Assembly (NCBI GenBank): GCA_964479375.1
Contig: CAYZKD010000001.1
Span: 7,540 to 71,539 of the forward strand
From: an uncultured Candidatus Saccharibacteria bacterium
GTDB lineage: Bacteria > Patescibacteriota > Minisyncoccia > Minisyncoccales > GWA2-38-27
Direction of reading: 5' to 3'
DNA length: 64,000 nt
Every line of letters begins with the position of its first letter. Position 1 is the stretch's first letter. A model generated the notes under the pieces. It saw only the letters and a list, made by a program, of their open reading frames with translations. It searched no databases and was not told where the DNA came from. The translations under genes and the position numbers were made by a program. This document shows, piece after piece, positions 27,656-35,499 of the stretch.

Positions 27656-28741
27656 ATGACAACTATTATTTTAATCGCAATTATTTCTCTAGTTCTGCTG
27701 TTAATTTTTCACGAATTGGGACATTTCCTTTTGGCCAAACTATTTGGCGTAAGGGTGCCGGAGTTTGGTTTGGGTTATCCTCCTCGTATTGTAGGCAAGA
27801 AAATAGGGGAGACCCTATATTCTCTAAACCTTATTCCCTTTGGCGCCTTTGTGAAAATACACGGGCAAGAAAAAAAGATTGACAGCCCCGAAAGTTTCTC
27901 CTCCAAGCCTCTTTGGCAAAAATCCCTTATTATCTTGGGCGGAGTGATGAGTTTCTGGTTAATCGCTGCTATCTTGCTGTCTGTCGTGATGTATATGGGA
28001 GTGCCCACGGTAGTGGAAGATGCCGTCGAGGGAGGGGTGATAGAACCAAAAGTTCAAGTGGTGGGTGTTGCTTCTGATTCTCTTGCAGAGCAGGTGGGTC
28101 TGGAGATAGGGGATGTAGTTAAGGGTATCTCCGTTTCGGGAACTTTCTACAAAACAAATAAGGTAGGGGAGGTGCAGAAGATAGTACAAGAACACAAAGG
28201 AGAAGAAATTTCTTTAAAAATAGCCAGAGGAGCGGAAGAAATTAATGTTGTTCTAATTCCTAGAGTGGATCCTCCTGAAGGAGAGGGAGCCATAGGGGTA
28301 GCCCTTCTTAGAACCGCTCTCAAGTCTTATCCTTGGTATTTAGCCCCTGTTGAGGGAATAAAGGCTACGGGTGGGTTGACCTTAACTATAATTCAGGCTT
28401 GGGGCATGACTTTTTCCAGTCTGTTCGGAGGGGAGGGCCTTCCTGCTGGAGTAGAAGTAAGGGGGGTAGTAGGCATTTTCGAATTATTTATACAAGCCGG
28501 GGCTCTGGGGATTGCTTACTTCTTGCAATTAATCGCCATAATCGCGGTGCATCTTGCTTTAATTAATGCTCTGCCCATTCCTGCTCTGGACGGAGGATGG
28601 CTTGCTTTTCTCGTCATAGAAAAGATAACAGGAAAGCCCCTGAATCAGAAAATAGTTCAAGGGGTAAGCGGCGTTTTCTTTATTTTGTTAATAATTCTAA
28701 TGGTTTGGATTACTATTAATGATGTAGCCAGGCTTTTCTAG
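27656..28741 (+). CDS. rseP: RIP metalloprotease RseP (site-2 protease, M50 family) with a PDZ domain
   Basis: HELGH zinc motif in TM1, PDZ segment (VVGVASDSLAEQVGLEIGDVV), and a C-terminal LDGG motif (NALPIPALDGGWL). Confidence 0.85.
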   Translation: MTTIILIAIISLVLLLIFHELGHFLLAKLFGVRVPEFGLGYPPRIVGKKIGETLYSLNLIPFGAFVKIHGQEKKIDSPESFSSKPLWQKSLIILGGVMSFWLIAAILLSVVMYMGVPTVVEDAVEGGVIEPKVQVVGVASDSLAEQVGLEIGDVVKGISVSGTFYKTNKVGEVQKIVQEHKGEEISLKIARGAEEINVVLIPRVDPPEGEGAIGVALLRTALKSYPWYLAPVEGIKATGGLTLTIIQAWGMTFSSLFGGEGLPAGVEVRGVVGIFELFIQAGALGIAYFLQLIAIIAVHLALINALPIPALDGGWLAFLVIEKITGKPLNQKIVQGVSGVFFILLIILMVWITINDVARLF

Positions 28742-28745
28742 AAAA

Positions 28746-29990
28746 ATGAGGCAGTCAAAACTTTTCTTTAAAACTTCAAAAAAGATTTCCGGCAAAGAGA
28801 TGGTTCCTTCCCACAAGTTCCTTTTAAGGGGAGATTTTATCTCCCAACTTTCTGCCGGTGTTTATAGTCTTTTGCCACTGGGACTAAAGGTTCACAGGAG
28901 AGTGGAAAATATAATTAGGGATGAATTGAATAAAATAGGGTCTCAGGAAATTTTCTTACCCGCTCTTCAGCCTAAAAAAATCTGGCTTAAGAGTGGAAGG
29001 TGGGACAGTATGGATCCTCCTTTATTCAGATTGAAGGACAGACACAAAAAGGAGTTTGCCTTGGGTTCTACCCATGAAGAAGTAATTGCTGATTTGGCTA
29101 AAAACAGGGTCCAGTCCTATAAAAACCTCCCCCTCGCCCTTTATCAGATTCAGACAAAGTTTCGCAACGAGATGCGTTTTGCGGGCGGCCTCCTTAGGGC
29201 CCGGGAATTTATCATGAACGATCTTTACAGTTTTCATAAAGACAGAAAGAGTTTGGACAGTTTTTTTCAGAGGGTTCTTTCTGCTTATAACAGTATTTTT
29301 GAGAGATGCGGCGTCCCTGCCCTAAAAAGCGAGGCCTCGGGCGGTGTTTTTACTAAAGAAAATAATTATGAGTTTCAGGTGGTTTCGGGGTCCGGCGAGG
29401 ACAAAATTATTTACTGCCCCGAATGCAAATGGGCTGCAAACTTGGAGGTGGCTAAGGTGAAAAAGGGTCATAAGTGTCCTTATTGCTCCGGTAAACTGAC
29501 AGATGCCAAGTCAATTGAGGTGGCTCACACCTTTAAACTGGGAGATAAGTATTCAAAGCCTTTGGGCGTTTATTTTACAAACAGGCAGGCAGAAAAGAAG
29601 GCAGTATTAATGGGCTGCTATGGCATAGGGGTAGGAAGACTGGTGGCCACCATTGTAGAGCTTAACCATGACAAAAACGGGATTATCTGGCCCAAAGAAG
29701 TAGCTCCCTTTGATATCCACTTGGTCAAGATCGGCGGAACTTCAGTCAAAAATAGGGCAGAAGCCTTTTATAAAGATTTACAAAGAAAGAAAGTAGAAGT
29801 ATTATACGATGACAGAGAAGAGATAGCGGCAGGGGAGAAATTAGTAGAGTCAGATCTAATCGGCATTCCTTTGAGAGTAATAGCAAGCGAAAAAAGCGTT
29901 AAAAAAGGATCTTTTGAGGTTACGAGGAGAGGAGGAAGCACGGAACTGGTTAAATTTAATAAAATCTTAAGTTATATAGAAAAGTGTTAA
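28746..29990 (+). CDS. proS: prolyl-tRNA synthetase (short form without the INS editing domain, with a zinc ribbon)
   Basis: Class II motifs (FRNEMRFAGGLLRAREFIMNDLYSF, GCYGIGVGRL), an inserted C-x2-C...C-x2-C module, and a C-terminal anticodon-binding domain. Confidence 0.85.
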   Translation: MRQSKLFFKTSKKISGKEMVPSHKFLLRGDFISQLSAGVYSLLPLGLKVHRRVENIIRDELNKIGSQEIFLPALQPKKIWLKSGRWDSMDPPLFRLKDRHKKEFALGSTHEEVIADLAKNRVQSYKNLPLALYQIQTKFRNEMRFAGGLLRAREFIMNDLYSFHKDRKSLDSFFQRVLSAYNSIFERCGVPALKSEASGGVFTKENNYEFQVVSGSGEDKIIYCPECKWAANLEVAKVKKGHKCPYCSGKLTDAKSIEVAHTFKLGDKYSKPLGVYFTNRQAEKKAVLMGCYGIGVGRLVATIVELNHDKNGIIWPKEVAPFDIHLVKIGGTSVKNRAEAFYKDLQRKKVEVLYDDREEIAAGEKLVESDLIGIPLRVIASEKSVKKGSFEVTRRGGSTELVKFNKILSYIEKC

Positions 29991-31036
29991 ACAAACTTTT
30001 ATCCCATCTTTCATACGATATAGCCATTGACTTGGGGACTGCCACTTCCTTGGTTTATATCGAAGGAAAGGGGATTGTTATTAACGAGCCCTCGGTGGTC
30101 GCTATTAACCAGAAAACGGGGCAGGTTTTGGCAATTGGAGAGGAGGCAAGAAGAATGGTGGGCAGAACTCCCGCCCATATCACAGCCACTAGGCCCTTGG
30201 TGGACGGCGTAGTTTCTAATTTTGAAGTAACAGAACAGATGCTCAAGTACTTTATTGATAAGGTTCACAGAAGAAAGTTTCTGTTCGGCCCAGGGCCTCG
30301 GGTTATTGTAGGTATTCCTTACGGGGTTACCGAAGTTGAAAAAAAAGCGGTACGCGATGCTACCAAAAATGCGGGAGCCAGAGAAGTCTTCTTAATAGAG
30401 GAGCCAATGGCAGCAGCCATAGGAGCAAGAATGCCGGTGCAGGAAGCCAGCGGGAATTTTATCGTGGATATTGGAGGAGGCACTACAGAGGTGGCGGTTA
30501 TTTCTCTGGGTGGCGTTGTTATAGCAAAAAGTTTGAGGGTGGCGGGAGACCGTCTTAACGAGGATATTGTCACCTTTGCCCAGGAAGAGTATAAACTTCT
30601 TATTGGGTTAAGGGTGGCAGAAAAGATAAAAATTGGCATAGGATCTGCCTATCCTCAGAAGGAAAAAAAAGAACTTCCTATGAGAGGAAGGAATATTATT
30701 ACCGGTCTGCCGGAGGAGGTCTGGATTTCTAGCACAGATGTTAGAAAATCACTTGAGAAGTCAATCAAACAGATTGTTTCTGCCATAAAAGATACGGTTG
30801 AAGAAACGCCTCCGGAACTTCTGGCCGATATTATGTCCCGGGGCATTTATTTGGCAGGAGGAGGAAGCCTGTTAAGGGGATTGGACATTTTAATCCAGGA
30901 AGAAACCAAAATGCCTGTCAAACTCATTGAAGATCCCATGACAGCGGTAGTTAGGGGATCAGGCATGGTCTTAGAGGGCCTTGATAATCTAAAAGACGTT
31001 TTATCGGAAACAGAACAATTAGAACCCCCTCGTTGA
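29984..31036 (+). CDS. mreB: rod-shape determining protein MreB (paralog 2)
   Basis: IAIDLGTATSLVY, NEPSVVA, FIVDIGGGTTEVAVISLGG, YLAGGGSLLRGL. It is a second full-length MreB only 3.8 kb from the first. Confidence 0.85.
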   Translation: MLNKLLSHLSYDIAIDLGTATSLVYIEGKGIVINEPSVVAINQKTGQVLAIGEEARRMVGRTPAHITATRPLVDGVVSNFEVTEQMLKYFIDKVHRRKFLFGPGPRVIVGIPYGVTEVEKKAVRDATKNAGAREVFLIEEPMAAAIGARMPVQEASGNFIVDIGGGTTEVAVISLGGVVIAKSLRVAGDRLNEDIVTFAQEEYKLLIGLRVAEKIKIGIGSAYPQKEKKELPMRGRNIITGLPEEVWISSTDVRKSLEKSIKQIVSAIKDTVEETPPELLADIMSRGIYLAGGGSLLRGLDILIQEETKMPVKLIEDPMTAVVRGSGMVLEGLDNLKDVLSETEQLEPPR

Positions 31037-31157
31037 TAAGAACCTGAGCTTCGCTCAGAACCTTGTTTCGCCAAGGAATAATTATATAGTCTTGAAGTAA
31101 GAACCTGAGCTTCGCTCAGAACCTTGATTCGCTAAGGTAAAGCACATAGTCTTGAAA
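31037..31157. repeat. two tandem direct repeats of about 60 bp, each with a small hairpin, in the mreB2-gatC spacer
   Basis: Unit AAGAACCTGAGCTTCGCTCAGAACCTTG(T/A)TTCGC(C/T)AAGG...ATAGTCTTGAA(G/A)T occurs at 31037-31097 and 31098-31157. Each has the hairpin CTGAGCTTCGCTCAG. Confidence 0.7.
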
Positions 31158-31158
31158 T

Positions 31159-31473
31159 ATGGTTGATAAAAAAGACGTTAATCACATAGCAAAACTAGCC
31201 AGGCTAAAGATTACAGAAGAAGAGGCAGGAGAATACCAAGAGGAATTTACCTCTATCTTGGACTATTTTGAGTTGTTAAAAGAACTGGATGTATCAAAAG
31301 TGGATCCTACTTTTCATCCAGCAGAGCTCTTTTTCAAAGAGAAAATAGGAGAGGCGAGAGAAGATAGAGAGGCGTCGGCAGAGGAGGGGGTCAAAGAATC
31401 ACTTAGGGAGGCGTTTCCCGAAAAGAAAGGGAAATATACAAAAGTTAAAACAGTTTTTGATGATGAAAGTTGA
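31159..31473 (+). CDS. gatC: Asp/Glu-tRNA(Asn/Gln) amidotransferase subunit C
   Basis: IAKLARLKITEEEAGEYQEEFTSILDYFELL matches GatC. It precedes gatA. Confidence 0.9.
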   Translation: MVDKKDVNHIAKLARLKITEEEAGEYQEEFTSILDYFELLKELDVSKVDPTFHPAELFFKEKIGEAREDREASAEEGVKESLREAFPEKKGKYTKVKTVFDDES

Positions 31474-32878
31474 GCAACTGACCATAAGAGAGATAAGCCG
31501 TGGCTTGAAGAATAAGAATTTTTCTGCTGTTGACTTGACTAAAGAATATTTTTCTAAGATAAAAAAAGAAGACAATCAGATATCATCTTTTCTGACTCTC
31601 ACTGAAGACCTCGCCGAAGAACAGGCCAAAAAAATAGACGAAAGAATATCTTTTGGCAAAGACATTCCTTCTCTAGCAGGGGTTCCCTTGGCCGTAAAGG
31701 ACAATATTTTAGTAAAGGGGGCCAGAACAACCTGTGCTTCCAAGATGTTGGAAAAGTATAATCCTCCATATAATGCTACCTGTATTGATAAATTAAGAAA
31801 AAGTGGCGCTGTTTTTTTGGGTAAAACTAACCTGGACGAGTTTGCAATGGGGGGGTCTACTGAAAATTCCGCTTTTTTCTCTACCAAAAATCCTTACGAC
31901 TTAGAAAGGGTGCCCGGAGGCACTTCTGGGGGATCCGCCGCTGCAGTAGCCGCTGGGTTCTGTCCCTGCGCCTTAGGCTCTGACACAGGAGGCTCCATCA
32001 GGCAGCCTGCTTCTTTCTGCGGGGTAGTGGGCTTAAAGCCCACCTACGGATCAGTCTCCAGGTACGGATTGATTGCTTACGGCTCTTCTTTTGATCAGAT
32101 AGGGCCTATTGCCAAGAACGCTGAAGACGCGGAAATAATCTTTGAAGAGATTTCGGGAAAAGACGACAGGGACTCTACTAGCGTTGTTAGGCCTCCAGCC
32201 GGGCCCCTAAAGGCTATTAATAAAATTCGTATTGGCGTGCCTAACGAATACTTTCAGGAAGGGCTTGGGCCTGAAGTCAAGCAGATAGTGGAGAATAAAA
32301 TAAAAGAGTTTGAAGATCTGGGCGCTGAGGTAGAAAAAATTAATCTGCCTCATACTAAGTACGCAGTACCTGCTTATTATCTGATTGTAGATTCTGAGGC
32401 TTCTACCAACCTGGCCAGGTACGATGGGATAAAATACGGACTTTCCAATAAGAAAGGGGATACGCTAAAAGAGGTTTATTCCGAAACTAGGGGAGAAGGG
32501 TTTGGAAATGAAGTCAAAAGAAGGATTATGCTGGGAACTTACGCTCTCTCTGCCGGGTATTACGAGGCCTACTACCTGAAGGCTCAAAAGACAAGAACTC
32601 TTATCGCTCAGGATTTTTACAAAGCGTTTGATAAAGTAGACGTTATAATGACTCCGGTAGCCCCGACCCCTCCTTTTAAATTGGGAGAGAAAATAGCAGA
32701 TCCTCTGGCGATGTATCTTTGTGATGTCTTTACTGCACCCGTTAATTTGGCGGGTCTGCCCGCTCTTTCCCTTCCTGCTGGATTTTCCGGGAAACTGCCC
32801 GTGGGCCTCCAGATTATTGGCAAACCCTTTGAAGAGACAACAATTTTTAATATTGCCAAACAGGCCGAGAATCAATGA
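31457..32878 (+). CDS. gatA: Asp/Glu-tRNA(Asn/Gln) amidotransferase subunit A (amidase)
   Basis: Amidase signature GGSSGGSAAAVAAG...GSDTGGSIRQPASFCGVVGLKPTYG and the Ser-cisSer-Lys triad context. Confidence 0.95.
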   Translation: MMMKVEQLTIREISRGLKNKNFSAVDLTKEYFSKIKKEDNQISSFLTLTEDLAEEQAKKIDERISFGKDIPSLAGVPLAVKDNILVKGARTTCASKMLEKYNPPYNATCIDKLRKSGAVFLGKTNLDEFAMGGSTENSAFFSTKNPYDLERVPGGTSGGSAAAVAAGFCPCALGSDTGGSIRQPASFCGVVGLKPTYGSVSRYGLIAYGSSFDQIGPIAKNAEDAEIIFEEISGKDDRDSTSVVRPPAGPLKAINKIRIGVPNEYFQEGLGPEVKQIVENKIKEFEDLGAEVEKINLPHTKYAVPAYYLIVDSEASTNLARYDGIKYGLSNKKGDTLKEVYSETRGEGFGNEVKRRIMLGTYALSAGYYEAYYLKAQKTRTLIAQDFYKAFDKVDVIMTPVAPTPPFKLGEKIADPLAMYLCDVFTAPVNLAGLPALSLPAGFSGKLPVGLQIIGKPFEETTIFNIAKQAENQ

Positions 32879-33432
32879 TGGATTTTATTGATATAATCGC
32901 ATCCTTTTTTTTCAATATATTTTCTCAGAGAACGCTTAGCTTTGTGCTGAATCCCGAGTTTGGGGGATGGCTCTTGGTTATTAGGAATGCTTTTCTCTTT
33001 GTTTCAGGAATACTTATTTTGCTTTCCTTGTTTCTTCTGGGTGCTTCTGGCTGGTTGAGGAAACGGTACACAGAGGATTTATATGAGGCGACCGCCTACA
33101 AGCCCTATGGCGCCAAAAAGTTCGAGAAAGAATGGAAAAGGATATCTGCAAGACTAGATAGCGGAGAAGGGGCGGGTTACAAGTTGGCCGTTATCGAAGC
33201 GGATGATTTATTAGAAGAAAGATTGAGAAGCATGGGGTACAAAGGGGGAAAGATGCAGGATCTTTTAGAACAGGTTCCAGAGACTATTGTCCCCAATGTT
33301 GAGGAGGTAAGCCGGGTGCACGAATTGCGCAACAATATAGTGCATGACCCCGACTACAGACTGGAGTTAGAAGAAGCAAATAAGGCAGTGGCGGTTTTCG
33401 AAAGGGCGTTACAAGAGTTGGGAGCGATATAA
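32875..33432 (+). CDS. hypothetical membrane protein (two TM helices, cytoplasmic C-domain)
   Basis: Translationally coupled to gatA. Two hydrophobic helices. No known motif. Confidence 0.5.
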   Translation: MMDFIDIIASFFFNIFSQRTLSFVLNPEFGGWLLVIRNAFLFVSGILILLSLFLLGASGWLRKRYTEDLYEATAYKPYGAKKFEKEWKRISARLDSGEGAGYKLAVIEADDLLEERLRSMGYKGGKMQDLLEQVPETIVPNVEEVSRVHELRNNIVHDPDYRLELEEANKAVAVFERALQELGAI

Positions 33433-33436
33433 ATTC

Positions 33437-33465
33437 TTGATTTCCTTTCCAATTTAGTATATAAT
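33437..33465 (+). promoter_or_regulatory. sigma-70-type promoter for the tRNA cluster
   Basis: TTGATT, 17 nt, TATAAT, with the -10 ending 12 nt before the first tRNA nucleotide (33478). Confidence 0.55.
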
Positions 33466-33477
33466 TCCAATTGACAT

Positions 33478-33790
33478 CGCGGGGTGGAGAAGTAGTATCT
33501 CACGAGGCCCATGCATTAGTGTGGCCAAAGACGGAAACGCCTTTGGAAAAACTCCTGAAATTGCTGGAAAACCATAAGAGTTTCTCTTGCTACAACGCAA
33601 TCTGTAAAGATAGGCGTGAATGTTTAAAAAAAGAGGAAATTTGGCAACCAGCAGCCAAGCCTCCTGATCGGAGGAAGGTTCAGAGACTATAATAGGAGCT
33701 CCCCTTTGGGGAGATGGGATAGTCCATTCCATTTGGAAACAGATGGTATTTAAGAACCTCGAGACGCGGGTGCAATTCCCGCCCCCGCAA
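33478..33790 (+). tRNA. initiator tRNA-fMet(CAT) interrupted by a group I intron (exons 33478-33512 and 33755-33790)
   Basis: The 5' exon CGCGGGGUGGAGA...CGAGGCCCAU and 3' exon AACCUCGAGACGCGGGUGCAAUUCCCGCCCCCGCAA rebuild a 71-nt tRNA. It shows the bacterial-initiator hallmarks: C1xA72 mismatch, the CGCGGGG/CCCCGCAA acceptor (identical to E. coli tRNA-fMet), anticodon stem CGAGG/CCUCG, anticodon CAU. Confidence 0.75.
33513..33754 (+). ncRNA. group I self-splicing intron (242 nt) in the tRNA-fMet anticodon loop
   Basis: The 5' splice site follows U (P1 pairing CCAU with GUGG at 33521-33524) and the intron ends with G (omega G at 33754). Core elements: P AATTGCTGGAAA (33562-33573), Q AACCAGCAGC (33647-33656) with a compensatory change relative to P, R GTTCAGAGACTATAA (33678-33692), S GATAGTCC (33718-33725). 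Confidence 0.7.
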
Positions 33791-33987
33791 CATTTTTATC
33801 TGCGACTACAAGGAATTCGAAATAACAATTCACCAAAACATTTTGGTAAAATTAAAAATAAAAAGAACCGTAACCATTTCTCGGTTTATCACATAGGAAA
33901 ACACTTATTACAAAAATTAGGAAGTCAGCATTTTTATTATGAAACCAAAGGGCTGATTGGGCAATCGGGGAGAGCAGGGAGGTCCCG

Positions 33988-34058
33988 GCCGGGGAGTAGA
34001 ATGGCATCTAAGGCCGTCTCATAAGCGGTTAACGTGGGTTCGATTCCCGCCCCCGGCA
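33988..34058 (+). tRNA. tRNA with CAT anticodon (elongator Met or lysidine-Ile2), slightly non-canonical D-arm
   Basis: Acceptor GCCGGGG/CCCCGGC, T-arm GTGGG-TTCGATT-CCCGC, anticodon loop CTCATAA. The D-loop is short (6 nt) and the anticodon stem has wobble pairs. The antisense ORF reads GAGIEPT, which is typical over a tRNA. Confidence 0.55.
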
Positions 34059-34064
34059 TATAAT

Positions 34065-34139
34065 GCGGACGTAGCTTAGCTGGCTTAAAGCGCCGCCCTG
34101 TCACGGCGGAGATCGTGGGTTCAAATCCCATCGTCCGCG
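34065..34139 (+). tRNA. tRNA-Asp(GTC)
   Basis: GCGGACG-TA-GCTTAGCTGGCTTAAAGCG-CCGCC-CTGTCAC-GGCGG-AGATC-GTGGG-TTCAAAT-CCCAT-CGTCCGC-G. The cloverleaf is regular and CCA is not encoded. Confidence 0.9.
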
Positions 34140-34352
34140 CAATAATCTGACTTTCTGGAAGTTTTTCTAAATTTTCGGCGGCGGGGCAAAGCGCCGCCCA
34201 ATGTGTTTTGAGGGAGAAATTCGTCTCGTTCGGCGTGCCTTGCGGTTTGCCAAAATGAGGTTCAACCCGAAAATTTTCTTGGCAGTAGCCTTTTTATCTA
34301 AAAGGCTGCTCGCGGGCGAAGATCCTTCCTTCAAATCTCCTTCATTAATGTA

Positions 34353-34380
34353 GGAGGCCCGTCCTCCCACATTTATTTTG
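34353..34380 (+). repeat. hairpin direct repeat, copy 1 (GGAGGCCCGTCCTCCCACATTTATTT)
   Basis: Perfect stem GGGAGG/CCTCCC with loop CCCGT, followed by ACATTTATTTT. An identical 26-mer recurs at 35399-35424, so the pair brackets the CDS 34444-35190. Confidence 0.75.
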
Positions 34381-34443
34381 GAAGCCTTGTTTTTTTGTTT
34401 TTATGTCCTATTATAAGAAAATAGAAGTTAATATCACGAGCCT

Positions 34444-35190
34444 ATGTTTAAATATCTAAATCGTAGCATATCCATGCCAATAGCAATAGGAATTATTGTT
34501 ATTTTAATAATTTTAGTTGGAGGAGGGACATTTATTTACCAGTATTATTGGCCCAAAACAGAACCGCAACCAATATCTTTTTCAAACGATTGTAATGAAT
34601 TAATAAGACAAGTAAGCAATTTAGTTGAAGAAGCAAATTATTGTAATGCGGATTCCGATTGTACGATATCAACCGAAACTACAAAATTCTGCGGTTGTTG
34701 GAGTTTAATTAACAAAAATGCCGATTTGTCAAAAATAAAAGAGGGAAATGAGAAATATAATAAATTAAATTGCCCGATACTTATGTGCGCTGAGTGTATG
34801 CTAACCCCGCAGCAAGAGGATATAGAATGTGTAAATCATAAGTGCGTTGTATCTTCTTCTGGCATCGTTAAGTTGGGGGATATAGTTTCAAACCCGTCCC
34901 AATATAGTAATAAAACTGTAATCGTTGAAGGAAAATACGGGGGCTGGAAACCCACAGCCGATATTCCCTGCAATGAGGCGAATATAGCAATTCTAACAAA
35001 AAGCGATACGCTAATTTATGATGGCACCGATTGTTTGTTTATGTCAGCCATCGGGGGGGTTAATATTTTATCCGAACCGAAAAATCTAAACCCAGTAGAA
35101 AACTCCATAAATATTGGCCAAGATATTAAGGTAGAAGCAGTAGTTAACTTGATCAACGGAAAACCAATCCTAGGGCTGATAAACCAATAA
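34444..35190 (+). CDS. cysteine-rich secreted or membrane-anchored protein, AT-rich (putative horizontally acquired cargo)
   Basis: N-terminal signal anchor (MPIAIGIIVILIILVGGG). There are 14 Cys including CNADSDC, CGC, CPILMCAEC and CVNHKC. Codon usage is markedly more AT-rich than neighbouring genes. Confidence 0.6.
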   Translation: MFKYLNRSISMPIAIGIIVILIILVGGGTFIYQYYWPKTEPQPISFSNDCNELIRQVSNLVEEANYCNADSDCTISTETTKFCGCWSLINKNADLSKIKEGNEKYNKLNCPILMCAECMLTPQQEDIECVNHKCVVSSSGIVKLGDIVSNPSQYSNKTVIVEGKYGGWKPTADIPCNEANIAILTKSDTLIYDGTDCLFMSAIGGVNILSEPKNLNPVENSINIGQDIKVEAVVNLINGKPILGLINQ

Positions 35191-35398
35191 ACGACTCTAA
35201 TAATAAAGCCGAATAAAAAAGAAAATCAAATGTTTCGAAAATAAAATTTTTTAGCGGCGGGGCGGGACACCTAAAATTTTATGTTGGGGTTTTCTATAAA
35301 AAAGGTTCTAACTTGGCCGTAAAGACGCGCAGAGTTTTAATATTAGAATCCAGATTCCATTGTGCCGGTTCATATGGCATTATCCAAAAAAATGTGGG

Positions 35399-35424
35399 AG
35401 GCCCGTCCTCCCACATTTATTTGT
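35399..35424 (+). repeat. hairpin direct repeat, copy 2, followed by a second related hairpin (GGAGGTTCGTCCTCC)
   Basis: Identical to 34355-34380. The adjacent hairpin at 35428-35442 has the same stem with a different loop. Confidence 0.75.
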
Positions 35425-35467
35425 GGAGGTTCGTCCTCCGCGGAAATTTTTGGTATAAAAAAATCCC

Positions 35468-35499
35468 TCGGTGTTGTTTGCCCGAGGGATTTAGCGTTG
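35468..35499 (+). terminator. strong hairpin (11-bp stem AAATCCCTCGG / CCGAGGGATTT)
   Basis: Perfect 11-bp inverted repeat with a 10-nt loop, preceded by an A-run and followed by TTTAG. A possible bidirectional terminator bounding the island. Confidence 0.45.

Noticed and set aside
33471-33692. 73-aa ORF (MTSRGGEVVSHEAHALVW...)
   Set aside because: It lies entirely within the tRNA-fMet 5' exon and group I intron. It has no recognisable domain and is spurious.
33478-33800. tmRNA (ssrA) hypothesis, based on a 3' end resembling GACGCGGGTTCAACTCCCGCC...
   Set aside because: The acceptor pairs as CGCGGGG/CCCCGCAA with C1xA72 and an anticodon stem-loop CGAGG-CCCAU|AA-CCUCG, exactly as in initiator tRNA. 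The interior carries group I P/Q/R/S elements rather than a tag ORF and pseudoknots. No plausible tag peptide (...ALAA or ...VAA) was found.
33743-34131. ORFs 33743-34024 (+) and 33937-34131 (-)
   Set aside because: They are translations across tRNA genes. The GAGIEPT and GFEPT peptides are the classic reverse-complement translations of T-arm sequences.
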